Source: Candidatus Iainarchaeum sp. (lineage in GTDB: Archaea; Iainarchaeota; Iainarchaeia; Iainarchaeales; 0-14-0-20-30-16). Taken from it: a stretch of DNA of 32,000 bases. Location: the NCBI GenBank assembly GCA_028710695.1, contig JAQTTP010000001.1, forward strand, positions 120,001 to 152,000, read 5' to 3'. The position numbers were made by a program, and so were the translations under genes. The notes under the pieces are model-generated. The model ran no database searches. It was given only the letters and a program-made list of their open reading frames with translations, and was not told the DNA's origin. This document shows, piece by piece, positions 1 through 8,807 of this stretch. The stretch's first letter is position 1, and the number at the start of each line of letters is the position of its first letter.

Positions 1-501
1 CAACAGCAAATTCTGAATGAAAATGGGGTTCCTCTGAAGAAAATATCTAATAATATTGCTTCTGAAGCCATTTTGACTAATGATAAAAACTTAATGTACT
101 TCTCTTACTTGCCCTATATTTTGTATAAAATATTGACTCAGCCACATTTATTGCATTCTCCAAGGTGGAGATCAAATAAAAAGATAATACTTGACTATGT
201 TGACTCTTTGGAAACAAAAGAGCTTACTGACTATGTTGACAGAGTGATGTATTTTATTGGAATGTTTAAAACTATTGACCGTGATCTGTATTATTACATA
301 AAGAACATTTTCGAAAAAGCAAAAGTAAAGAAAGCATCCTATTGTTATGAGCACGGACAAAGCATAAATCAAACACTGAGTTTAACTGATGCGAACAGAA
401 TAGAATTAATGCATTATCTAAATAACAGCAAAATAAATTTTGAAGTTGGAAAAGATATAATTTCTGAAAAAGTTGCAATTATTGAGGATTTTTTTAAGTA
501 A
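1..501 (+). CDS. Hypothetical protein, partial; open at the left window edge
   Basis: The frame read from base 1 (caa cag caa att ctg aat gaa...) is open into the 73..501 ORF, so the TTG at 73 is probably internal. It ends at TAA 501. No family recognised. Confidence 0.75.
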   Translation, partial: QQQILNENGVPLKKISNNIASEAILTNDKNLMYFSYLPYILYKILTQPHLLHSPRWRSNKKIILDYVDSLETKELTDYVDRVMYFIGMFKTIDRDLYYYIKNIFEKAKVKKASYCYEHGQSINQTLSLTDANRIELMHYLNNSKINFEVGKDIISEKVAIIEDFFK

Positions 502-518
502 TATTTGGGGCAGATGAT

Positions 519-1196
519 ATGAAATATATATTTTTTGATTCAAGTAGTATAATTTCTTTGACTCAAACGAATATGCTTTTTTTATTAGAGAAATTAAAAT
601 CAAAAGAAATAAAATTCTGTATCTCAAAAGCAGTATATGATGAAATAATACTTCCTGGCCAAGAGAATTATCAGTTTGGCTGGAGTTCAGAGCAAATAGC
701 TGCTTGTATAGAGTCTGGGCTTATCGAAGTTCTTGAACTTGAAGAAAAAGAACAGAAAGATTATGATCTAGTGGATGAACAGGTTAATTCGATTTTCTCT
801 ACAAAGTTTGGTCCAATTCAGATTCTTCAAAAAGGAGAACTAGAAACAATAATTTTGCTTAAAAGATTCAAAGAGAAAAAACTTTTTAGTATAGATGAAC
901 TAATTACCAGAGAAATAATAGATGACCCGAGGAAACTCAAAGATATTGTAGAAAGAAGATATAAAACGCAGTTGTTTTTGGATGAAAAAAAGCTTAAACA
1001 ATTTGTAGACTATGTTTCCGATATAAAGGTTGTAAGGTCTGTAGACCTGGTGGCGTATTCTTTTGGAAAAAATCTTTTTGCAAAATACAGCAAAAAGAGT
1101 GAGCACCTTCTAAAATCTCTGCTTTATGCTTTAAAAGATAGTGGTTGTGCTGTTCTGCATGAGGAAATAGATAAATATGCTGCAGAACCTCATTAA
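519..1196 (+). CDS. PIN-like domain protein (tentative)
   Basis: ATG start 18 nt after the previous stop. The N-terminus 'MKYIFFDSSSIISL' and a later 'KGELETIILLKR...LFSIDE' resemble spaced acidic residues of PIN-fold nucleases. Confidence 0.6.
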   Translation: MKYIFFDSSSIISLTQTNMLFLLEKLKSKEIKFCISKAVYDEIILPGQENYQFGWSSEQIAACIESGLIEVLELEEKEQKDYDLVDEQVNSIFSTKFGPIQILQKGELETIILLKRFKEKKLFSIDELITREIIDDPRKLKDIVERRYKTQLFLDEKKLKQFVDYVSDIKVVRSVDLVAYSFGKNLFAKYSKKSEHLLKSLLYALKDSGCAVLHEEIDKYAAEPH

Positions 1197-1226
1197 TTTG
1201 TAATATAACTTCTATAAGTGATATTT

Positions 1227-1913
1227 ATGCCAAGACCAACAAGGAAAAAACCCACTTTAAGAAAAATAGCAGAAAGGGGATTTGCTTTTTCTGGAACTAC
1301 AAGGGAACATGGTCAAATTTTTGAGCGTCCACAACATAATATATTTATAGCATATAGACATGGATTTGTAGTAACAAAAGATATTTTAAAAGCCCTTATA
1401 TCTACTTTTGGAAAAAAGCACACAACAAAAGAAGGGCGAGATTCATTTAGGACCTCATTGAACTTTTCTTCTAGTTATTCAAAAAGAAATATTGATATAA
1501 AAAATGGTGAATTAATCTACACTTTTGAAAAAACGCCAGTAATACTGTATACTTATGATTATCATAATATGTTTGGGGGTACTGGGCTAGCGGAAGCTAT
1601 AAGAAAAAAACATCGTAGTCAGATGCCTTATGACGAGCCCATACATTCAAGAGCCCCTTTTCGATATTTTGAAATAACTCCTGATCTAGTGAGATCCGGT
1701 TTTGAAGTTTGGAAAAAAAGATATAACCCTACAGAAGATAGAATACATCTGGAGATTGAATGGCGTAAACGTAATAAGTGGCCATCAGATTTAGAAAGCA
1801 TTCAGACGTCAGATTTTATTCTCTTCTTAGACGATTATTTATACAAAAAATTTATAGTACATATAATCCGTGAGTATAAACAAGAGATTTCAAAAAGAAG
1901 AGTGCAAAAATAA
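1227..1913 (+). CDS. Hypothetical protein
   Basis: Open frame starting 'MPRPTRKKPTLRKIAERGF' from ATG 1227; the track start at 1218 is upstream. A TATA-like 'tttgtaatataac' precedes it. No family recognised. Confidence 0.65.
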   Translation: MPRPTRKKPTLRKIAERGFAFSGTTREHGQIFERPQHNIFIAYRHGFVVTKDILKALISTFGKKHTTKEGRDSFRTSLNFSSSYSKRNIDIKNGELIYTFEKTPVILYTYDYHNMFGGTGLAEAIRKKHRSQMPYDEPIHSRAPFRYFEITPDLVRSGFEVWKKRYNPTEDRIHLEIEWRKRNKWPSDLESIQTSDFILFLDDYLYKKFIVHIIREYKQEISKRRVQK

Positions 1914-1997
1914 AACTAGAAAATACACACCCAACAAATAGTTTATAAATCCTATGTGCAAATAAAATACACATACAAACAAAAAGAGGTGGATGAA

Positions 1998-2324
1998 ATG
2001 GCACATATAGAAGTAAATGATTCTAATTTTGATAAAGAAGTTATTGAAAAATCAAAAGACAAATACATTCTTGTTGATTTTTGGGCTCCTTGGTGTATGC
2101 CTTGTTTAATGTTAGCGCCAAATCTTGAAAAAGTTGCTGGTGAATTCAAAGGGCTTGAATTTGTGAAAGTAAATGCTGATGAGAATTCAAAGCTTGGCAC
2201 CAAGTATAAAATAATGTCAATTCCTGCAGTAAAATTATTCAAAGATGGAAAAGTTATTGACGAGTTTGTAGGATCTTTTCCGGAACAAGGAATAAGGGAC
2301 TTTTTAAAGAAAAATATAAAGTGA
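1998..2324 (+). CDS. trxA: Thioredoxin
   Basis: Protein 'ILVDFWAPWCMPCLMLAPNLEKVAGEF...VNADEN...YKIMSIPAVKLFKDGK' with a WCMPC active site. ATG 1998 is preceded by 'gaggtgg'. The track start (1956) is too far upstream. Confidence 0.93.
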   Translation: MAHIEVNDSNFDKEVIEKSKDKYILVDFWAPWCMPCLMLAPNLEKVAGEFKGLEFVKVNADENSKLGTKYKIMSIPAVKLFKDGKVIDEFVGSFPEQGIRDFLKKNIK

Positions 2325-2329
2325 TAATG

Positions 2330-3223
2330 ATGTATGATGTAGCAATAATAGGGCTTGGCCCAGCAGGAGCAACAGCAGCAATTTATTCTGCAAGATATAA
2401 TTTAAAAACAATTGTTGTTGGCCAAGTTCCGGGCGGAACCGCAGCAGAAGCACACAAGATATGTAATTATCCTCCATTTGCAGAGATTAAAGGTTTTGAA
2501 CTTGCACAAAGGCTTTTACAACATGTACAAGCAATGAATGTAGAAGTTGTTTTTGGAAAAGTTGAAAATATAGAAAAGAAAAAAGATTTTTTTGAACTTA
2601 ATACTGGTGACAAAAAAATACAAGCAAAGAAAATAGTTATTGCTACTGGAACTAAGAGAAAACAATTAGGAATCTCTCGTGAAAACGAGTTTAGAGGGAA
2701 AGGAATAAGCTATTGTGCAACCTGTGATGGAATGTTTTATAAAAATAAAGTTGCGGGCGTTGTGGGTGGAGGAAATGCAGCACTAACTGCAGCATTACTA
2801 TTGTCAGAGTTTGCTGAAAAAGTTTACATTTTTTATAGAAAGGACAAATTCTACAAAGCAGAACCCGCATGGACTGAACAAGTTTTGAAAAATAAAAAAA
2901 TAAGTCCAATTTTTGATGTTGAAATCAAAGAACTTATTGGAAAAACAGAACTTGAAGCAGTTAAATTAAGCAACAAAAAAGAAATAAAATTAGATGGGTT
3001 ATTTGTTGAAATTGGGTCCGATCCAAACATAGCCGCAGTTGAAAGTTTGGGCGTAAAAAAAGACGAACGGGGTTACATAATAATAGACGAAAATTGTAAA
3101 ACAAACATCAAAGGTGTTTATGCCGCAGGTGATATTACTAACCACAAATTAAAACAGATTGTTGTTGCAGAAGCAGACGGCGCTGTTGCAGCCACAAATA
3201 TTTACCATGAGTTAATGCAATGA
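2330..3223 (+). CDS. trxB: Thioredoxin-disulfide reductase (FAD/NAD(P)-dependent)
   Basis: 'DVAIIGLGPAGATAAIYSARY' FAD motif, 'CATCDGMFYKNK' redox CxxC, 'GGGNAALTAALLLSEFA' NAD(P)-binding motif, 'GVYAAGDI' C-terminal motif. Start 2327 or 2330. Confidence 0.93.
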   Translation: MYDVAIIGLGPAGATAAIYSARYNLKTIVVGQVPGGTAAEAHKICNYPPFAEIKGFELAQRLLQHVQAMNVEVVFGKVENIEKKKDFFELNTGDKKIQAKKIVIATGTKRKQLGISRENEFRGKGISYCATCDGMFYKNKVAGVVGGGNAALTAALLLSEFAEKVYIFYRKDKFYKAEPAWTEQVLKNKKISPIFDVEIKELIGKTELEAVKLSNKKEIKLDGLFVEIGSDPNIAAVESLGVKKDERGYIIIDENCKTNIKGVYAAGDITNHKLKQIVVAEADGAVAATNIYHELMQ

Positions 3224-3238
3224 TCCGGAGGTGGATTT

Positions 3239-3589
3239 ATGGCGATTTCTTTTGCTTGTAAAAAGATAGATATAAATGACCTCATAAAATGCAGCTTTGG
3301 CTTTTCCAAAACGGAATTTAAAGTTTTCAACTTTCTGTTAGGAAAAGACAAACAAGCATATACTGTAGTTGACTTGGCAGATAAGGTGAAATTAGATAGA
3401 ACATCTGTACAGAGAGCCCTAAAAAAGTTAGTAGATAAAAAAATAGTTGAAAGAAGGGCAAAGAACCTTGGAAATGGCGGATTTCTTTATATCTACAAAA
3501 TACTTCACAAAGAAGACATTAAAGACAAACTGAGGACAAATATCCAAACTTGGTACAAGACTGCTGAAAATTACATAAGTGAGTGGTAG
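3239..3589 (+). CDS. Winged-helix transcriptional regulator (MarR/TrmB-like)
   Basis: 'YTVVDLADKVKLDRTSVQRALKKLVDKKIVERR' is a clear wHTH. It lies 15 nt after trxB with SD 'ccggaggtgg', suggesting one operon. Confidence 0.8.
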   Translation: MAISFACKKIDINDLIKCSFGFSKTEFKVFNFLLGKDKQAYTVVDLADKVKLDRTSVQRALKKLVDKKIVERRAKNLGNGGFLYIYKILHKEDIKDKLRTNIQTWYKTAENYISEW

Positions 3590-3621
3590 AAATATAAAAT
3601 AAACTATCCAAATCTATTTTT

Positions 3622-4215
3622 ATGGCAGTGATTTGTGTTTTTGGAGATAGTTTTGCTGTTGGTGCATCAGATCATAAAAAAGGTGGCTGGGCAGATCAAC
3701 TTAAAATCCACTTTTTAAAAACAAATGATGAAGTAGTAGTTTATAATTTAGGAATCCATGGCAATATAACAAATGACCTTGTTGCAAGATTTGGAGAAAT
3801 AAAAACAAGAAACCCAGATATTATAATTTTTCAAATAGGTATAAATGATTCTTCTTGTAGAAATAATGGAAAAAATCCAAGAACTACTTTGGAACAATTT
3901 GAGAAAAACATAATAAAACTTATTTCTCTTTCTAAAAAAGCAAAGACAAAACAAATCATTTTCTTGGGAATAAGCAGAGTAATTGATTCTATGGTTCAAC
4001 CTTATTTGTATAGTCCAAATAAAACGCATTTTTCTAATTTAAGGATTGAAACATATGATTCCTTATTGCAAAAGCTTTGTAAAAAGAATAAAGTGCAGTA
4101 TTTAGAAACAGCAAGTTTATTGAGCCAAAGTGAATTAAAGTATGATGGTTTACATCCCGGCCCCAAATATCATAAACGAGTTTATGAAAAAGTGAAACAC
4201 CTGTTAAGTCTATAA
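3622..4215 (+). CDS. SGNH/GDSL-type hydrolase
   Basis: 'VFGDSFAVGA' (block I GDS), 'FQIGINDSS' (block III GxND), 'DGLHPGPKYHKRV' (block V DxxH). Confidence 0.85.
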   Translation: MAVICVFGDSFAVGASDHKKGGWADQLKIHFLKTNDEVVVYNLGIHGNITNDLVARFGEIKTRNPDIIIFQIGINDSSCRNNGKNPRTTLEQFEKNIIKLISLSKKAKTKQIIFLGISRVIDSMVQPYLYSPNKTHFSNLRIETYDSLLQKLCKKNKVQYLETASLLSQSELKYDGLHPGPKYHKRVYEKVKHLLSL

Positions 4216-4236
4216 TTAATTTATGCTGTTGTTTGT

Positions 4237-5181
4237 CTATTCAAATACACACTCCGGTGGGCTTATTGGAACGTATTCTTTCTGAAATAAGTCAATTTGA
4301 ACTATTTTAAGATCTTTAAATAGTCCAATTATTTCTTGAATTTTTTTTCTTAGATCATATGGGCTATCAACAAAAAGACCAAATTCTAAAAATGGGTCTC
4401 CAATATATTCGCCAACATAAGAAACGTCCTTCCTAAACTCTAAATGGTTGATGAGCTTCTCTTTAGTTAATTTATCATCATTAGTAATAAAAATTTCATA
4501 TTGGTAAAAATTTAATTTAAATACATCAACAAAGAGATAATATTTAATGATATAATTGCTATTTTCTAATTTTTTAATTCTTTTGCTAACTGCTTGTGGC
4601 GTTATTGGCGTTTTCTTGGATAAACTGACTAAATCTATCCTGGAATTTTTTGCTAATTCTTTTAATATTGTTTTATCAATATCATCAATATCAATGCTTT
4701 CTTCTTTTTTTATTTTGTTAATTTTTATATTTGTATTTGTATCAAAGTATTTTTCATAAAAATATCTTGTTCTTTTGTGTAATGTAAATCTATGATTTGT
4801 TATCTGGTCTTTGAATCGCAGATATAATGTTTGGAATTTATTATCTATGTCTTCTGGATCTTTTCCAATAATAGAAAATCCAAAATTCCAGGTTCCTGAT
4901 AGTTCCACAGCCCAAGAGATATAATTTGAATTGGACAAAAATTCAATAAATTCATCTTGTTTTTCCTCTTCTATATTAAGATATATGGATGCGGCAATAT
5001 ACCCTAATTTTTTATAATTTATTTCTGTTGTAAAATTAATTATTACTCCTTCTCTGATTAGCCGGCTTATCCTATAATTAACAACTTCTCTTGAGACTTT
5101 AATTTGTTTAGCAAGTGTTTTATAAGGTATTCTCGAATTCATCATCAACTTTGCTAAAATAAGTTTATCTATTCGGTCCAT
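4237..5181 (-). CDS. Lrp/AsnC family regulator with two tandem Lrp-like units
   Basis: Two HTH segments, 'IDKLILAKLMMNSRIPYKTLAKQIKVSREVVNYRISRLIREGVI' and 'IDKTILKELAKNSRIDLVSLSKKTPITPQAVSKRIKKLENSNYI', each followed by a RAM-like region. Start ATG at 5181 (alternative 5187). Confidence 0.82.
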   Translation of the reverse strand: MDRIDKLILAKLMMNSRIPYKTLAKQIKVSREVVNYRISRLIREGVIINFTTEINYKKLGYIAASIYLNIEEEKQDEFIEFLSNSNYISWAVELSGTWNFGFSIIGKDPEDIDNKFQTLYLRFKDQITNHRFTLHKRTRYFYEKYFDTNTNIKINKIKKEESIDIDDIDKTILKELAKNSRIDLVSLSKKTPITPQAVSKRIKKLENSNYIIKYYLFVDVFKLNFYQYEIFITNDDKLTKEKLINHLEFRKDVSYVGEYIGDPFLEFGLFVDSPYDLRKKIQEIIGLFKDLKIVQIDLFQKEYVPISPPECVFE

Positions 5182-5291
5182 ACACATATAGTAACCATAC
5201 AGGTATTTAAAGTTTTCTTTTGTAAAAAAGAAAGAAGTTTATTTTATATTTGACAAAAAACAAGTATATTTTTATTAGGTAGGGTGGTTTT

Positions 5292-6053
5292 ATGAAAAAT
5301 ATGCTTGTGGTGGCTGGTGCAAGAAGTGGTATAGGGAAGGCCTATATTGATTATTTCCAAGAAGAGTCAAAAATTATTGGAATTACTAGGACTGAGCAAA
5401 AGTATGATAACAAAAATATAACAAATTTGATTTGTGACTTAACTAATAAAGATGAATCAGATAAATTATTTGACAAAACTGATTTTTCAAGAACAGAGCG
5501 GGTAATTTTGGTACATACTGTGGGGATAGATATTTTTGAATGTAAGACATACCCAAAAATAAATAATATTAACACAATAAACCCTTTAATTTATAGTACA
5601 AATGTAAACACTTTAAAAAATGTGTGTGATAGATTAATTGAAAAATTAAGCCAATATAGAAACAATGGCAAAAATATTGCATTAACAATAGTTATGTTTG
5701 GTGCAATATCTGATAAATATAATATACCATTTTTTATGTCTTTTAGAGAGTCCAAAAAGATTTCAAAATTATACATAGAAAATTTAACTAGAAAATATAA
5801 CTGGGTGAAAGGGTTCGTTGTAAATGTAAGTACTGTGAAAACTAACCTTACTACTTCTATTCGTCCATATGCAGATACAAAATATTGGTTGCTTCCAAGA
5901 GAGGTTGTAGATAAATCAGTAGATAAAATTCTAAATCAAAAAGAACATTTTGAAGAGATACAAATCTTTAAGTTTGATCCAAACTTTGAATCAGATTATT
6001 ATTTTAATAATGATAAAATTTATAAAAAATGGATAAAAGAAATGTATGGGTAA
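5292..6053 (+). CDS. Short-chain dehydrogenase/reductase (SDR) family protein
   Basis: N-terminal 'MLVVAGARSGIGKAYIDYF' (GxxxGIG nucleotide-binding). SD 'aggtagggtgg' upstream. Confidence 0.75.
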   Translation: MKNMLVVAGARSGIGKAYIDYFQEESKIIGITRTEQKYDNKNITNLICDLTNKDESDKLFDKTDFSRTERVILVHTVGIDIFECKTYPKINNINTINPLIYSTNVNTLKNVCDRLIEKLSQYRNNGKNIALTIVMFGAISDKYNIPFFMSFRESKKISKLYIENLTRKYNWVKGFVVNVSTVKTNLTTSIRPYADTKYWLLPREVVDKSVDKILNQKEHFEEIQIFKFDPNFESDYYFNNDKIYKKWIKEMYG

Positions 6054-6060
6054 AAAAGAG

Positions 6061-6133
6061 TGGGCCCAGCAGGAATTGAACCTGCGACTCCCGCCTTGTA
6101 AGGGCGATGTCATAACCGCTAGACCATGAGCCC
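6061..6133 (-). tRNA. tRNA-Val (anticodon UAC)
   Basis: Reverse complement folds as a cloverleaf: acceptor GGGCTCA/TGGGCCC, anticodon stem TCGCC/GGCGG with loop CTTACAA, T-arm GCAGG-TTCAATT-CCTGC. No encoded CCA. Confidence 0.95.
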
Positions 6134-6260
6134 AACTTCTTAAGAAGTAAATATACTCTTATTTGTGAGAAAAGTATAAAAAGGTATTCCTTTGGCCCCT
6201 AAATGAATATATTCTAGTTTGTGCTCTTTGTAATATGCCTTTTTGGTGAGCTTTATGACT

Positions 6261-8027
6261 AGAAAGATGTATTTTGTGTTTATCCTGCTATTTTTCATTT
6301 TATTTGCTACTTTTGCCTTTGCTAAAAGTTATACTCTGCCAAAGGCAGAGATTTACATGAAAATAAACCCTGATGCAAGTATAGATGTTACTGAAAAAAT
6401 CCAGTTTAACTTTTCCGGATCATATACTTATGCATATAGAGACATCCCTAAAGGAGATTGGGAGTTAAGTAATATTTCTGTAAAAGAGAATGGCAAAGAG
6501 CTTGATTTTGATATTATTGATGGTTCTAGTAATACACAAATAAAGTGGTATTATTCTGCAGAAAATGAATCTAAAACTTTTGAAATAAATTATACTTTAA
6601 AGAATGCCTTAACTGTATATGATGATGTTGCAGAATTATATTGGAAGGTTTGGGGGAATAATTGGGCAGCCCCTCTTGGAGAACTTTATGGATACATAGA
6701 ACTTCCAAAAGATGTGCAAGATATTAATGATGTTTATGTATGGGGGCACCCAGAATTAAATGGAAAGATTGGATTATCTGAAAATAATAAGGTTTTGTTT
6801 CAAGTTTTCGGGATACATAGCAAACAGTTTGCAGAAATAAGAACCGCATTCCCAAAATCATATTTAGAAAAAACAGATTTTGCAATAATGAAATCAGGAT
6901 TGGGATTACAAAAGATTATAGATGAAGAAAATAGTTATACTTCTTTTACAAAACTACAAGCTACTCTGCTTATAATATTCATAATTATTCCAATTATTTT
7001 GTTTTTTGTTTTATGGTTCTTTTTTGGACGAGAACATAAAGTAGAACAAACCTCTATTTATGAAAGAGAAGTCCCCTATAATTATAGCCCAGCAATAGTG
7101 AAAGTGATATTACATCAAAATGCCGGGAGATTATCTCCTAATGATTTGGTTGGGGAATTATTTGATTTATGTTTAAAAGGAAACCTTAAACTAGAAAGAA
7201 TAAAAAAAGAAAAAGTTCTGGGAATTTTTGGAAAAGATGATTTTAAAATTCTCCTTCTTAATAGAGATAATAGCAAACTTTGTGAAAGTGAGAAATATTT
7301 GCTTTCCCTTTTAGAAGATGCTGCAGAGAATAAATATGAGGGTTTAGTTTTTAAGAAAAAAGTTAAAAACGGAACTCCAAATGAAGTTACATTAAAAGAA
7401 TTAGAAAAATTCCTGCAAGCTAATCCACATGAGGCCAGCAAATTCTTTTCTGAATGGAGAAAAAGAGTTAAAGAAGAAGTGGATAGTATGGGCTTACTTT
7501 CAAAGAGCCATAAAGCAGAATGGCTATATCTTGGATTGGTAGTTCTGAACATTATTATTGCATTTGCAGTGCTTGGTTCTTTTGCGATGACCACCATATT
7601 TGCTTCTTTAGTTGTGGCAGTAATTTTGTGGCTGGTATTCCCTGGTGCACTTCCTAATAGAACTCCAGAAGGTGCAAAGCACTATGATAAATGGATTAAA
7701 CTTAAGAAATTTTTGAAAGATTTTAGTAGCTTAAAAACCGTGCCTCCTGAATCTCTTGTGTTGTGGGAGAAATATTTAGTTTATGCAATTCCTTTAGGAG
7801 TTTCAAAAGAAGTTTCTAAAGCAATGGATTTTGCGTTTAAGGATTATTCTGGAAAACAGAAATCATCGCTGTTTGTTGGCTCATATGTTGGCTTAAGTAG
7901 TATTGGTGCGGGTACATTTGCAAATTCATTTAGTAGTGCATTCTCCACAGGCTTTAGCTCTGGTTCAGGGGGATTTGGCTCTGGGGGCGGAGGAGGAGGC
8001 GGCGGTGGTGGCGGTGGCGCCGGTTAA
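6261..8027 (+). CDS. DUF2207-family membrane protein
   Basis: Signal/TM N-terminus, 'YTYAYRDIP...', central TM 'IIFIIIPIILFFVLWFFFG', further TM segments, then a C-terminal Gly-rich tail ending '...GFGSGGGGGGGGGGGGGAG', typical of DUF2207 proteins. Start approximate; the track begins at 6243. Confidence 0.82.
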   Translation, partial: RKMYFVFILLFFILFATFAFAKSYTLPKAEIYMKINPDASIDVTEKIQFNFSGSYTYAYRDIPKGDWELSNISVKENGKELDFDIIDGSSNTQIKWYYSAENESKTFEINYTLKNALTVYDDVAELYWKVWGNNWAAPLGELYGYIELPKDVQDINDVYVWGHPELNGKIGLSENNKVLFQVFGIHSKQFAEIRTAFPKSYLEKTDFAIMKSGLGLQKIIDEENSYTSFTKLQATLLIIFIIIPIILFFVLWFFFGREHKVEQTSIYEREVPYNYSPAIVKVILHQNAGRLSPNDLVGELFDLCLKGNLKLERIKKEKVLGIFGKDDFKILLLNRDNSKLCESEKYLLSLLEDAAENKYEGLVFKKKVKNGTPNEVTLKELEKFLQANPHEASKFFSEWRKRVKEEVDSMGLLSKSHKAEWLYLGLVVLNIIIAFAVLGSFAMTTIFASLVVAVILWLVFPGALPNRTPEGAKHYDKWIKLKKFLKDFSSLKTVPPESLVLWEKYLVYAIPLGVSKEVSKAMDFAFKDYSGKQKSSLFVGSYVGLSSIGAGTFANSFSSAFSTGFSSGSGGFGSGGGGGGGGGGGGAG

Positions 8028-8045
8028 TAAAAACGAGATGAGAAT

Positions 8046-8807
8046 ATGCCAATAAGAAAAACTCATTTGGAAAGATTAAAAAAAGAGGGATATAACCCCC
8101 GTGAAATTCGAGCAATAGAGTTAGGAACATCTCAAAATACAGTAGCACAAGTAAAGCAGATACGTGATAGAATTAGGGAAGACCCAAAGCTTCTAAAAAG
8201 GTTTAGGGATTTGTCCGTAAAAAATCGAGAAGTATCCGAAGATCAATGGAGAAAAGACAGGTGCTTTTTAGATTATAATAATTTATTTAAACTAGTTCTT
8301 GATGAGCCGTTGTATGGTTTTTTAGTACGAATGGCCCAAGGAAAAAAGAAATTAAAAGTTTTAGACGAGGGCGCAGGATTTGGGCTGTTCTTATTAGACC
8401 TAAAAGAAATGCTTGAAAAAGAAGGAATAGACACAGATACAACTGCAGTAGTTCTTAAAAAACACAGTTTACTTGACACTTATCACAAAGATGGAAAAGT
8501 TGACCATGTTTATGTTGGACGTTCGGAATTCTTTTTACCAGATAGAAATTATGATGTAATATTTTCTCTATATGGCGGGATACATTATACTTTATCAGAA
8601 TTTAAAAAACAAATTCTGGTTAAATATGCTTCAGCACTGAATCGTGGCGGTGTTGCACTTATTGGTGCAGACTTGATAGGTATTAGAACACCGTTATTTG
8701 AACAAATGAAAATTGCATTTAGAAAAAGAGGATTTGAAATAAAACTATTTACTGGGGCAATACGCGGTGGACTCCCTACCGACATTTTGATGATCCGTAG
8801 ACTTTAA
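8046..8807 (+). CDS. Class I SAM-dependent methyltransferase-like protein with N-terminal HTH-like segment
   Basis: 'LKVLDEGAGFGLFLLDL' resembles methyltransferase motif I. 'NPREIRAIELGTSQNTVAQVKQIRDRI' looks like an HTH. 19 nt downstream of the DUF2207 gene. Confidence 0.62.
   Translation: MPIRKTHLERLKKEGYNPREIRAIELGTSQNTVAQVKQIRDRIREDPKLLKRFRDLSVKNREVSEDQWRKDRCFLDYNNLFKLVLDEPLYGFLVRMAQGKKKLKVLDEGAGFGLFLLDLKEMLEKEGIDTDTTAVVLKKHSLLDTYHKDGKVDHVYVGRSEFFLPDRNYDVIFSLYGGIHYTLSEFKKQILVKYASALNRGGVALIGADLIGIRTPLFEQMKIAFRKRGFEIKLFTGAIRGGLPTDILMIRRL

Noticed and set aside
2691-2909. Antisense ORF within trxB
   Set aside because: Lies inside a strongly supported gene on the opposite strand, with no family signal. 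The same reasoning was applied to 172..372-, 272..478-, 900..1106-, 1952..2242-, 3748..4029-, 5351..5575-, 5591..5776-, 8273..8479-, 8585..8785-, 14341..14553-, 15046..15240-, 17257..17585-, 19788..20243-, 26227..26607-, 26812..27129-, 28427..28720-, 29247..29501- and the plus-strand equivalents inside minus genes.
4556-4759. 67-aa hydrophobic plus-strand ORF opposite the Lrp-like gene
   Set aside because: Hydrophobicity is explained as the complement of Lys/Asp/Asn-rich coding sequence.
7115-7597. 160-aa antisense ORF in the DUF2207 gene
   Set aside because: Fully contained opposite a well-supported membrane protein; no start context or recognisable domain.
7976-8027. GC-rich glycine-codon run (ggg/gga/ggc/ggt) at the end of the DUF2207 gene
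   Set aside because: It encodes the poly-Gly tail commonly seen in DUF2207 proteins, so it is coding low complexity and not an independent repeat element.
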